NCBI GenBank assembly: GCA_003551845.1
Contig: PUNQ01000032.1
Coordinates: 23,414-87,413, forward strand
Origin: Candidatus Nealsonbacteria bacterium
Lineage (GTDB): Bacteria; Patescibacteriota; Minisyncoccia; Minisyncoccales; PWPS01
DNA length: 64,000 nt
Direction of reading: 5' to 3'
The translations under genes were made by a program, and so were the position numbers. Position 1 is the stretch's first letter; each line of letters begins with the position of its first letter. The notes under the pieces are model-generated. The model was not told the DNA's origin. It did not search any database and saw only the letters and a list, made by a program, of their open reading frames with translations. This document shows, one piece after another, positions 1 through 8,575 of the stretch.

Positions 1-1287
1 CATCCCGATTTCAGACTAATCGGGATTACGAATTATATGGATTACAGAAGAGTTATAGAAAAAAATCAATCCATAAACTCACATCTCAGAAAAGTGGAAA
101 TATCAGAAGCTACCCAGGAAGACACGGTAAGGCTTTGCGAAATGATAACCGGGAGTCTTGAAAACAAATACGGTGTATTTATTTCTTATCAGGCGATAAA
201 AGCCGTAGTTGAACTGAGTGAAAGATTTTTATCAGCCGATCCTTTTCCCGAAAAAGCGATGGATCTTCTTGAGGAAGCGGTAACTTCGGCAAGCCAAGAA
301 GGGAAAAATGTGTTAACTAAAGAAGATGTCGCCGAAATTCTTTCAGAAAAAGCCGAAGTTCCCGTCGGTGAAGCCGCCGGTGAAGAAAAAAAGGTGTTGC
401 TCAATCTTGAAGAAGAGGTTCACAAGCGGATCATAAATCAAGAAAAGGCGGTTTCTCAAATATCAAGAAGTTTGAGAAGGTCGAGAACGGACATAGATAC
501 CAGGACCGGCTTGATAGGATCCTTTTTATTTCTGGGTCCTACGGGAGTGGGAAAGACGGAAACGGCAAAAGCGATTTCCGATATATATTTCGGTTCGGTT
601 AAAAAAATGATTAGAATCGATATGTCCGAATATCAAAATATTTCCGATATTTCCAGGTTGATCGGTTCGGAGGAGGTGGGGGGAATTCTGACTGAACAAG
701 TTATTGAAGATCCGTTTTCATTAATATTACTTGATGAACTGGAGAAGGCGCATAAAAATATATTGAATCTTTTTCTTCAAATTTTGGATGAAGGACATGT
801 AACGGATGGTGTGGGAAGAAAGATTGATTTTAAAAATTCGATGATTATAGCGACAAGTAATGCCGGCTATCAATTGATAATGGACTCGGTCAAAAAGGGG
901 ATAGACCCGGATACTATAAAAGAAAAAATACTTGATCATCTTTTTAAAAAGAGTATTTTTAGACCGGAATTCGTCAACAGGTTTGACGGCACCGTAATTT
1001 TTAAACCTCTCTCCGAAGAAAATTTAATTGATATTGCCGAACTTCAACTTCAAAAAATGCGGGAAAGCTTGAAAGAAAAACATATAAGTTTTAGAATAAC
1101 CGAGGAGCTGAAAAAAAAGATAGTTGATTCAAGCTACGATCCGGTATTCGGGGCCAGGGAGATGCAAAGATTCATTCAAAATGAAATAGGAGATACGTTG
1201 GCAACGGCGATACTTTCGGATGAGATTAATCCCGGTGATGAAATTTTGATAAACCCCGAAGATTTTTCATTTAAAAAAATAAATTGA
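1..1287 (+). CDS. Clp/Hsp100 ATPase (ClpB/ClpC-like), C-terminal portion. The frame is open to the window start, so the gene is 5'-truncated by the window.
   Basis: The frame has no stop from position 1, and positions 1-36 read HPDFRLIGITNY, matching the Clp D1-D2 linker. A D2 Walker A (GPTGVGKTE), a sensor region (LLDELEKAH) and ATSNAG are present. Confidence 0.75.
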   Translation, partial: HPDFRLIGITNYMDYRRVIEKNQSINSHLRKVEISEATQEDTVRLCEMITGSLENKYGVFISYQAIKAVVELSERFLSADPFPEKAMDLLEEAVTSASQEGKNVLTKEDVAEILSEKAEVPVGEAAGEEKKVLLNLEEEVHKRIINQEKAVSQISRSLRRSRTDIDTRTGLIGSFLFLGPTGVGKTETAKAISDIYFGSVKKMIRIDMSEYQNISDISRLIGSEEVGGILTEQVIEDPFSLILLDELEKAHKNILNLFLQILDEGHVTDGVGRKIDFKNSMIIATSNAGYQLIMDSVKKGIDPDTIKEKILDHLFKKSIFRPEFVNRFDGTVIFKPLSEENLIDIAELQLQKMRESLKEKHISFRITEELKKKIVDSSYDPVFGAREMQRFIQNEIGDTLATAILSDEINPGDEILINPEDFSFKKIN

Positions 1288-1293
1288 TAAGTA

Positions 1294-2070
1294 ATGAGTA
1301 AAAGCAATAAAAAATCATTAATAAAATTTTTGGTATTAACGATCCTGATACTGGGAGTCTATTTTTCGATGCAGGTGGAGCCGGTCGAGCGAAAGCGTGC
1401 CGAAGCAGCTCTGAATAATTTTAACAATTTTTCAGCTGCCGAGTTCGAAATTGATGGAAGCTTAACTAAAGACGACGGTGAGAGTTATCTTTTTGAAATT
1501 AAAGGATATATGGAAAGAGGTGATAAAAGCAAGGGTGGTGGAACTTTTAACCTGAATACGGAAAATGGCTCAGAACAGGAGATGAAAGGGGATTTTGTTT
1601 TTGAAAGACCTTATCTCTATTTTACGGTTGATGAGTCAACTTCTTCGGATGGAGCGCTTCTCAACAATCTTCCTTCGGAGATCTTTGAAGAGGAGAATCA
1701 ACAGTGGGTAAAAATGGAAATACCGGAAGAATATTTTAAAAAAAGGATTTCTTTAAAAAATGAAGAAATCGAAGTTATTTCGGAGGAAGAGGAGTTAAAT
1801 GAAAAAGAGATGTTTCATTATAAAATAATGGCGAATCTGAATGATTTTTTCAAAGAGGATTTCGAGGCGGAAATCTTTACCGGGACGGAAGACCTTAATA
1901 TCTATAAGCTTTTTATCGAAAGCCGACTGGAGTTGACTGAAGATTTAAATTTCGATCCCTTATTTGAACTTTTATCGGAATCAAAATTCGAATTGGATTT
2001 AAAAGCCGAATTTTTTAACTTTGATGAAGTTCAGTCCATTTCCACTCCGGAGAACTTTTTAGAGCTCTGA
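1294..2070 (+). CDS. Hypothetical protein with an N-terminal TM anchor and an acidic body.
   Basis: ORF with an N-terminal hydrophobic helix; the remainder is rich in E and D. Confidence 0.4.
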   Translation: MSKSNKKSLIKFLVLTILILGVYFSMQVEPVERKRAEAALNNFNNFSAAEFEIDGSLTKDDGESYLFEIKGYMERGDKSKGGGTFNLNTENGSEQEMKGDFVFERPYLYFTVDESTSSDGALLNNLPSEIFEEENQQWVKMEIPEEYFKKRISLKNEEIEVISEEEELNEKEMFHYKIMANLNDFFKEDFEAEIFTGTEDLNIYKLFIESRLELTEDLNFDPLFELLSESKFELDLKAEFFNFDEVQSISTPENFLEL

Positions 2071-2085
2071 TTTTTTAAAATTTAT

Positions 2086-2118
2086 CTCCTCCTCCTTGAA
2101 AAAGGAGGAGGTTTTTTA
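2086..2118 (+). terminator. Rho-independent terminator hairpin (CTCCTCCTCC...GGAGGAGG followed by a T-run).
   Basis: Perfect inverted repeat followed by TTTTTT. Confidence 0.6.
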
Positions 2119-2136
2119 TTTAAAAGCGGGTCAAGT

Positions 2137-2165
2137 GTTGACAAGATATTTTTTGTGGGATAGAA
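2137..2165 (+). promoter_or_regulatory. Sigma70-type consensus promoter (TTGACA, 17-bp spacer, TAGAAT) upstream of mraZ.
   Basis: TTGACA at 2137-2142, a 17-nt spacer, TAGAAT at 2160-2165. Confidence 0.6.
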
Positions 2166-2200
2166 TGGAAGTGATGTGGAGGATTGTGGAAAAAAGTGGG
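2154..2200 (+). promoter_or_regulatory. Putative MraZ operator: GTGG(G/A) direct repeats at 10-bp spacing.
   Basis: GTGG appears at 2154, 2175, 2185 and 2195, with a 10-bp periodicity for the last three. This resembles the MraZ box direct repeats described upstream of mraZ in other bacteria. Confidence 0.45.
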
Positions 2201-2227
2201 GAAAACCCCTGAAAACTGTGGAAAACT

Positions 2228-2660
2228 GATGTTCATAGGAGAATACAATTATAAAATCGATGCAAAAAAGAGGCTGGCGGTTCCTTCGAATTTTCGTAAT
2301 GAATTGGATAAAAAAGTTGTTGTTACCAGAGGCTTGGACGGTTGTCTTTTTCTCTATCCTTTGGATCAGTGGCAGCAGTTAGCTGAAAAGATAAGCAGTT
2401 TGCCATTGGCTCAATCCGACGCCAGAAGTTTTGCCAGAGTCATGCTTGCAGGAGCAATGGAGGTTGAAATTGACGGATCGGGACGAATACTGATCCCGGA
2501 TTACTTGAAGGAATATGCCGGACTGGAAAAAGAAGTTACGATTGCGGGAGTTTATAATAGAATGGAAATTTGGGACAAGAAAAAATGGGATGAATATAAA
2601 ACCCAAACAGAAGGTGAGGTAGGGGATATCGCTGAAAGATTGAAAGAGTTGGGGGTTTAA
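2228..2660 (+). CDS. mraZ: Transcriptional regulator MraZ.
   Basis: The N-terminus reads MFIGEYNYKIDAKKRLAVPSNFR, with two MraZ/SpoVT-AbrB-like repeats, and the gene sits first before rsmH. The start is set at the internal ATG at 2228 rather than the ORF-track start at 2184. Confidence 0.8.
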
Positions 2661-2662
2661 AA

Positions 2663-3532
2663 ATGGATAAAGTCCACAGAACAGTTTTAAAAAAAGAAGC
2701 AGTAGATCTTTTAAATGTAAAAAATAATCGCCATTTTGTAGATTGCACCGTCGGTGAAGGTGGGCATACGGAAGAAATATTGAAAAGAAACGGACCCCGA
2801 GGAAAGGTTTTGGGGTTCGAATGGGATAAGAGAATGTATGAGCGAGTAAGAAATAGAAATCTGGAAAGATTGGATTTGGTAAATGAATCCTATGTTTTTT
2901 TAAAGAAAACCGTGGAAGAAAAGGGGTTCGGTCCCATATCCGGGATTTTACTCGATTTGGGCATGTCGACCTGGCATATCAAGAAGTCAAAGAAAGGATT
3001 CAGTTTTCAAGGAGATGAGCCGTTGGATATGAGATACAACACGGATTCACTTCTAACTGCTCGGGAAATAGTGAACGAATGGAAGAAAGAAAATCTGATC
3101 AAATTGATAAAAAATTATAGTAATGAACGTTATGCCGAAAAAATAGTTAACCGGATAATAAAGTCAAGACCCCTGAAAAGCACAAAAGAATTGGTCGAGG
3201 CGATAAAAAAGTCGGTTCCCGATAATTACGAGAAGGGGAGAATTCATCCGGCTACCAGAACTTTTCAAGCTTTGCGAATAGCGGTTAACGCAGAAGTTCA
3301 AAACTTGAAAGAAGTCCTTCCTCAGGCTTTTGAGGTTTTAAAGCCGGGAGGAAAAATCGTGGTCATTTCTTTTCACCATTTGGAAGGTGAGGAGGTAGAG
3401 AATTTTTTTAAAAAAGAGGAAGGACTTCTATCGGTAGCCGAGGTCACCCCTTCAAAAGAAGAAATTAAAAAAAATCCCTCAGCGAGGTCGGCGGTATTGA
3501 GGGTTGCTGAAAAAATATCAAAACATAATTAA
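2663..3532 (+). CDS. rsmH: 16S rRNA (cytosine1402-N4)-methyltransferase RsmH (MraW).
   Basis: The N-terminus contains HRTVLKKEAVDLL followed by DCTVGEGGHTEEIL, and the gene follows mraZ in the dcw cluster. Confidence 0.85.
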   Translation: MDKVHRTVLKKEAVDLLNVKNNRHFVDCTVGEGGHTEEILKRNGPRGKVLGFEWDKRMYERVRNRNLERLDLVNESYVFLKKTVEEKGFGPISGILLDLGMSTWHIKKSKKGFSFQGDEPLDMRYNTDSLLTAREIVNEWKKENLIKLIKNYSNERYAEKIVNRIIKSRPLKSTKELVEAIKKSVPDNYEKGRIHPATRTFQALRIAVNAEVQNLKEVLPQAFEVLKPGGKIVVISFHHLEGEEVENFFKKEEGLLSVAEVTPSKEEIKKNPSARSAVLRVAEKISKHN

Positions 3533-3537
3533 AACAG

Positions 3538-3828
3538 ATGAAAGACACACAAACAAAACTAATATATATATCTTCCGTATTTTTTCTTTTAGCTTTAATG
3601 TCTCTTTACGTTTTTCAAATTTACGGACTCACAAAGGAGACGTATCTGGTTGAAAAATATCAGAAAAAAATTGATGCTTATACTCAAGAAAGCAATAATT
3701 TGGAATATCGTTTCCTGCAAAACAATTCTTTTCATGAGATTGAAACCCTCGCTTCCGAATTTGATTTTAAGCAGGCTGAAAGAATAAGCTATATAGAGGT
3801 TTTGGGTAGTGAAGTGGTAGTGAAATAA
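3538..3828 (+). CDS. FtsL-like small bitopic cell-division protein.
   Basis: A 96-aa protein with a single TM helix, positioned between rsmH and ftsI. Confidence 0.4.
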   Translation: MKDTQTKLIYISSVFFLLALMSLYVFQIYGLTKETYLVEKYQKKIDAYTQESNNLEYRFLQNNSFHEIETLASEFDFKQAERISYIEVLGSEVVVK

Positions 3829-3850
3829 TTTGAAGGTTTTAAAATCATAA

Positions 3851-5551
3851 TTGAATACACAAGAGACAAACATGAGCAAAACAAGATTGAACATACTTCT
3901 TGTTTTCTTTCTCATCTTGAGTACCACTCTTATTTTCCGACTTTATCAGTTACAAATTGTTGAGGCTGATCACTGGGTCGATCAGGCGGAAAAACAACAA
4001 AGAATAAGTGGAGAAGTCGAAGGTGACAGAGGTAGTATTTTAGTACAGGATAGAAATGGAAACTTCATTCCTCTTGCAATAAACAGGACCTGGCAAAAGG
4101 TCTATTTGTCTCCCAGGGAAATAATAAGGGAAGACGTTGACAAGAAAAAATTAACTGATGCACTCAGTGATATTTTGAATATTGAGGAGAGCTCCATAAG
4201 AGAGCGACTGAAAAGGGAAAATAGTTCCTTTGAGGTTTTAAAAAGACAATTGTCGGATGAAGAGGTGGAAAAAATTGAGAAATTGGAATTCAGAGGCGTC
4301 TATCTACGTGATGAAGAAAAGAGACTCTATCCCCAAGAGAATCTCGCAGCCCATGTCAGTGGTTTTGTCGGAGGTTTAAATAGCGGACAATATGGAATAG
4401 AAGGATATTATGAAGATCTGCTTCGGGGAACTCCCGGAAGAAGAGAGGGGTGGAGAAAAAATTCCTTGGGAACAATTATAATGGAGGACACGGCTCAGCC
4501 CGGAGAAAGTATTCGTTTGACCATAGATTACAATATTCAATTTATGACAGAACGGATTCTTGAAGAAGCGGTTGAAGATTTGAATGCCGTTTCGGGAACT
4601 GTTATAGTCGGAAATCCGAATACAGGAAAAATTTTAGCAATGGCTAACTATCCTTCATACAATCCGAACGAATATCGTTCTTACAGGATGGAAAATTTTA
4701 AAAATAAAGCTATTCAGGACGCTTTTGAGGCCGGATCGGTTTTCAAACCGATAGTTTTAGCTATGGGCCTGGAAGAGGATGTAGTTGATTTGCGGGATAC
4801 TTATTATGATCGGGGTTATGAAGTCGTCAGTGGCCATACTTTAAGGAATTATGGACAAAGACAATGGGGAGAAGTCGATATGACGACCATAATAAAACAA
4901 TCGATAAATACCGGCATGGTCCATGTCCAGAGACAAATGGATAATGAAGTTTTTATATCTTATTTGGAGAGATTCGGCTTTTTTGAAAAAACCGGAATAG
5001 ATCTTCAGGGAGAGGTTGTTTCCGCGAATACGGGATTCAAGGAAGGTTATGATGTTAATTTTGCAAATGCCTCTTTCGGCCAAGGAATAGAAATCACTCC
5101 CATCCAGCTTTTTACCGCTTTTTCGGTATTGGCAAACGGAGGGGAGTTGGTCGAGCCGTATGTGGCTGAAAATTTTCGTGTTGATCCGGTTAGAAAAAGA
5201 AGAGTTTTATCTTCCGGAACAGCTTCAAAAATAACCTCCGTTTTGATAGATACGGTTAATGACGGGACGGCAAGAAGGGCTCAGATACCGGGATATCATA
5301 TAGCCGGAAAGACGGGAACCGGGCAGATACCTTGGTCCGCTTTGGGCCAAAGCAGAAGAGGATATTCGGACCAGACGACTCAAACTTTCGTGGGTTATGG
5401 ACCTCTCAACGCCGAATTTGTAATATTGGTAAAAATGGATCGACCGGATGCTCCGACTGCGGAGGTTTCCGCCGTTCCAGTTTTCAGAGAAATTGCAAAA
5501 TATATAATAGATTATAAACAAATCCCTCCGGATTACGTAAGAGAAGATTAA
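3851..5551 (+). CDS. ftsI: Penicillin-binding protein 2 / FtsI (peptidoglycan D,D-transpeptidase).
   Basis: SxxK (GSVFKP), SxN (SIN) and KTGT motifs are present, with an N-terminal TM anchor and dcw-cluster context. Confidence 0.85.
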   Translation: MNTQETNMSKTRLNILLVFFLILSTTLIFRLYQLQIVEADHWVDQAEKQQRISGEVEGDRGSILVQDRNGNFIPLAINRTWQKVYLSPREIIREDVDKKKLTDALSDILNIEESSIRERLKRENSSFEVLKRQLSDEEVEKIEKLEFRGVYLRDEEKRLYPQENLAAHVSGFVGGLNSGQYGIEGYYEDLLRGTPGRREGWRKNSLGTIIMEDTAQPGESIRLTIDYNIQFMTERILEEAVEDLNAVSGTVIVGNPNTGKILAMANYPSYNPNEYRSYRMENFKNKAIQDAFEAGSVFKPIVLAMGLEEDVVDLRDTYYDRGYEVVSGHTLRNYGQRQWGEVDMTTIIKQSINTGMVHVQRQMDNEVFISYLERFGFFEKTGIDLQGEVVSANTGFKEGYDVNFANASFGQGIEITPIQLFTAFSVLANGGELVEPYVAENFRVDPVRKRRVLSSGTASKITSVLIDTVNDGTARRAQIPGYHIAGKTGTGQIPWSALGQSRRGYSDQTTQTFVGYGPLNAEFVILVKMDRPDAPTAEVSAVPVFREIAKYIIDYKQIPPDYVRED

Positions 5552-5552
5552 A

Positions 5553-6149
5553 ATGGTATTGGATAAATTTTTAAGGTGGAAAAAAATAAAATTGGTTTTG
5601 ATTATCGGTCAGGATGATTCGGGAATGACCGATTTTATCTTCAGTTTGGTTAGTGATGATAGGAAAACGATTAAACTGAAAAAACCGCTAAAGGGATTTA
5701 AAAAAATATCGATAATATCATCGGAAGTTGTTATTTTGAAAGATGATAACTTTTCTGTCACGGAACTGGAAAGCTTTTTTTCAATTTTTGATGAAGTCAT
5801 AGTTGTTTTTAAAAAATCAAAGAAGATGAAAAATGAAAGAAAGATAATAAGTTTATTAACGGAAAAGGACACTCTTCTTGCCTCCGATGACTTAATGGAG
5901 AAGTTATCGAAGAAAAAATTAAAGAAAAGAGTGAGTTTCGGATTTAAGAGAGAAGCTGATTTTTATATGAGTGATTTGAATTTGGGAGACAAGATTAATT
6001 TTAAAATCAATTACAACGGTAGCAGTATACCGGTTTGGTATCGCGGAGAAGGTAAAAAAGAGGATGCTTTAAAAATTACCGGAGCACTGGCTGTCGGATC
6101 ATTGTTAAACCTTAACCTTGTTGATTTAACAAGGAGGATAAAGAATTGA
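5553..6149 (+). CDS. Degenerate Mur ligase-like remnant (MurE/MurF central-domain fragment with a decayed P-loop).
   Basis: KIKLVLIIGQDDSGMTD aligns to the Mur ligase GTNGKTT P-loop region with the catalytic Lys lost. A later stretch, KRVSFGFKREADFYMSDLNL...ALKITGALAVGSLLNL, resembles the Mur ligase fG....aD...G.HNv.NalaA region. The protein has no C-terminal domain and sits where murE or murF would normally follow ftsI. Confidence 0.35.
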   Translation: MVLDKFLRWKKIKLVLIIGQDDSGMTDFIFSLVSDDRKTIKLKKPLKGFKKISIISSEVVILKDDNFSVTELESFFSIFDEVIVVFKKSKKMKNERKIISLLTEKDTLLASDDLMEKLSKKKLKKRVSFGFKREADFYMSDLNLGDKINFKINYNGSSIPVWYRGEGKKEDALKITGALAVGSLLNLNLVDLTRRIKN

Positions 6150-6194
6150 TTTTTATTTCTATTTTTTTATAATAAGCTCATATTGAATTCGAAT

Positions 6195-6269
6195 GGCCCC
6201 GTCGTCTAGCCCGGTCCAGGACGCCAGGTTCTCATCCTGGTAACAGGGGTTCAAATCCCCTCGGGGTCA
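6195..6269 (+). tRNA. tRNA-Glu (anticodon CTC).
   Basis: A 75-nt cloverleaf was folded by hand. The acceptor is GGCCCCG/CGGGGTC, the anticodon stem CCAGG/CCTGG with loop TTCTCAT, and the T-arm AGGGG-TTCAAAT-CCCCT. No CCA is encoded. Confidence 0.75.
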
Positions 6270-6281
6270 CATTACTTATGC

Positions 6282-6308
6282 TAAAACACTCCTTAAGGGG
6301 TGTTTTTT
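6282..6308 (+). terminator. Terminator-like hairpin after tRNA-Glu.
   Basis: ACACTCCTTAAGGGGTGT is followed by a T-run. Confidence 0.4.
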
Positions 6309-6360
6309 AGTATATAAGAAGATTAGGGAATGTAAGGAGAGAGAGGGGATTTGAACCGTA

Positions 6361-6399
6361 CCCCCCGTTTTTACACCTACGAGGTGTAAAAAGAGGGGG
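6361..6399. repeat. Palindromic element (copy 1 of 2), core CCGTTTTTACACCTACGAGGTGTAAAAA.
   Basis: The same 28-nt core recurs at 38600-38627. This copy sits beside an inverted copy of the tRNA-Glu T-arm (6344-6358). Confidence 0.5.
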
Positions 6400-6482
6400 T
6401 GGTTCCGGGTTTTAAATATTCTTTTTTTATTGTAAGATTATATAAGTTATTTATCCTCAGTTTGATAATAAGAAAATAGGAT

Positions 6483-7610
6483 ATGAAATTTTTTTATGCC
6501 GTCTCGATTCTCGCCGGTACGATGATAGGTGCCGGGCTCTTCGCTTTACCTTATATAACCACTCGAGTGGGTATGTGGGTAATCCTTTTTTACTTTTTAA
6601 TTATAGGATTAATTTCGACCGCCATTCATCATTTTTTCGGTGATTTGGCTCTGAAGACAGAAGACAACCTTCGCCTTCCGAGCTTTGCCGAAATTCACTT
6701 GGGCTCATGGGCGAAAAAGTTGACAACTTGCACGGGGATAATCGGTCTTTCGGGATCGATTTTGGCTTACATTATTTTAGGCGGAGAGTTCTTATCCGGA
6801 CTTTTCGAACCGGTTTTCGGAGGTGGTGCTTTTGAATATTCTTTATTGTATTGGGCCGTCGGAGCCGCTTTGATATTTTTCGGAATAAAAGCTATCGAAA
6901 AGATAGAGCTTTTGGGAATCCTCGGCTTCGTAATGGTTTTGATATTGATTCTTTTCAGGGGCTGGAGTGAGATGGATGCCGGCACACTTTTGCAAATAGG
7001 GGAAGGCTTTGAGGGGGATCTCTTTTTGCCGTACGGAGCAATACTTTTTTCTCTTTGGGGAGCGGCTTTAATTCCGGAAGTTGAAGAAAAATTAACCGGT
7101 GAAAAAGAAAAGCTGAAGTGGGTAGCGCCGGCCGGGGTCGGGTTCGCAATTTTAATTTATCTGTTTTTTATATTTTCAATTGTAAGTATTACCGGCACGG
7201 AGACTTCGCAAGAAGGGATCTTGGGGCTTATGGGACATATGGATAACGGCGTGATAGGACTGGCATTAATTTTCGGAATATTGGCAACATTCACTTCCTT
7301 TATCACCCTGGGACTTACGTTGAAAAAGATTCTTTGGTATGATCTGGGTTTCAATGAAAAAATTTCCTGGGGCGTAGTCGCCTTTGCGCCGATAAGTGCT
7401 TTTTTAATAGGAATCGACAGCTATATCCATGTAATATCTTTCGTCGGGGCCATGCTTTTAGCGGTAGATGCAATACTTATTACCGTAATGTATCAAAAAT
7501 ACAAACCGGCAAAATACAAAATTTTCACTTATCCGATAATCTGCGTTTTTATTCTGGGAATAATTTACAATATCATTTATAATAAGGACATAATAATCGG
7601 TCTGCTTTGA
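6483..7610 (+). CDS. Amino-acid permease, HAAAP / aromatic amino acid (Tyr/Trp) permease-like.
   Basis: The N-terminal motif is ILAGTMIGAGLFALPY, and the protein is polytopic (~11 TM). Confidence 0.6.
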   Translation: MKFFYAVSILAGTMIGAGLFALPYITTRVGMWVILFYFLIIGLISTAIHHFFGDLALKTEDNLRLPSFAEIHLGSWAKKLTTCTGIIGLSGSILAYIILGGEFLSGLFEPVFGGGAFEYSLLYWAVGAALIFFGIKAIEKIELLGILGFVMVLILILFRGWSEMDAGTLLQIGEGFEGDLFLPYGAILFSLWGAALIPEVEEKLTGEKEKLKWVAPAGVGFAILIYLFFIFSIVSITGTETSQEGILGLMGHMDNGVIGLALIFGILATFTSFITLGLTLKKILWYDLGFNEKISWGVVAFAPISAFLIGIDSYIHVISFVGAMLLAVDAILITVMYQKYKPAKYKIFTYPIICVFILGIIYNIIYNKDIIIGLL

Positions 7611-8575
7611 TGCCATTTTTTGAGATATCCATCTTTATACTTTCCTGTTTGGCGATTATAGTTTCCAGTAAGTGGGTGATAAGTTCTTTGTCCAAATTGG
7701 CCAGATCTTTGGGCTGGAAAGAATTCGTGGTCGCTTTTTTTACGATTTCTTTGGGGGCGGTTTTGCCGGAGCTAACCATCGGTGTCAGGGCGGCGATCGA
7801 CGGGATTCCCGAGCTTTCTCTGGGAAATATAATCGGACAAAATATAATACTTTTGACTTTTGCGGTTGCCGTTTGTAGCTTGGTCGTCAAGGGGATAGTG
7901 GTTCAATCCAGAACCGTCCGTGCGGGAACCACTTTTGCCGCCTTGGCGGTAACACTGCCTTTCATTTTGCTCCACGACGGAAAATTATCCAGAATTGACG
8001 GATTGATTTTAATATCGGTTTTTATCGTTTATGTTCTTTGGATTTTTAGCAAAGAAGATCGCTTTGTAAAAAGCTATATTGAGAAAGGTGACGAAATAAA
8101 AACCGGCAAAGGTTATTTGAAATATTTTTTCATTTTTTTAGGAAGCTTCTTATTGGTTGTTTTTTCCGCGGAAGGAATAGTCTTTTCGGCTAAAGAGTTC
8201 GCCTTGATATTGGATGTTCCGGAGGGTCTGATAGGCATTTTGCTCGTCGGTGCGGGAGTTGCTCTTCCGGAGATATATTTTTCGGTTAAATTAGCCACCA
8301 AGGGAAGATCATGGATGATTTTGGGCGGATTAACGGGAGCGGTAGCGATGTCATCCACTTTGGTTTTGGGAATTGTGGTCTTGATTAATCCGATAACGAT
8401 CGTTGATTTTTCTCCTTATTTGATCAGCAGACTCTTTTTGGTGTTCGCCGGTGTGATACTGTGGTTTTTCGTTCGAACGAATAACAGATTGACAAAAAAA
8501 GAAGCCCTTATCCTATTTGCGGTTTATTTCGGATTTTTATTCACTGAATTATTTTTTGGCCAATTATTCATATGA
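7607..8575 (+). CDS. CaCA-family cation/Ca2+ exchanger (YrbG-like).
   Basis: Two alpha-repeats are present: LPELTIGVRAAIDG...GNIIGQNII and GAGVALPEIYFSVKLATKG. The protein is polytopic. Confidence 0.7.
   Translation: MMPFFEISIFILSCLAIIVSSKWVISSLSKLARSLGWKEFVVAFFTISLGAVLPELTIGVRAAIDGIPELSLGNIIGQNIILLTFAVAVCSLVVKGIVVQSRTVRAGTTFAALAVTLPFILLHDGKLSRIDGLILISVFIVYVLWIFSKEDRFVKSYIEKGDEIKTGKGYLKYFFIFLGSFLLVVFSAEGIVFSAKEFALILDVPEGLIGILLVGAGVALPEIYFSVKLATKGRSWMILGGLTGAVAMSSTLVLGIVVLINPITIVDFSPYLISRLFLVFAGVILWFFVRTNNRLTKKEALILFAVYFGFLFTELFFGQLFI

Noticed and set aside
1-12. The 11-mer CATCCCGATTT shared between the window start and the cysS/13451 intergenic promoter region (13420-13430), considered as a regulatory box.
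   Set aside because: The first copy is inside the Clp ATPase coding frame, where it encodes the conserved HPDF. Two copies of an 11-mer in 64 kb of AT-rich DNA is a weak signal.
6334-6413. Possible minus-strand tRNA, suggested by a GGATTTGAACC (reverse T-loop) signature.
   Set aside because: No cloverleaf can be drawn on the reverse complement: the T-stem and acceptor stem do not pair. It is more likely an inverted tRNA-Glu T-arm fragment plus a palindromic hairpin.
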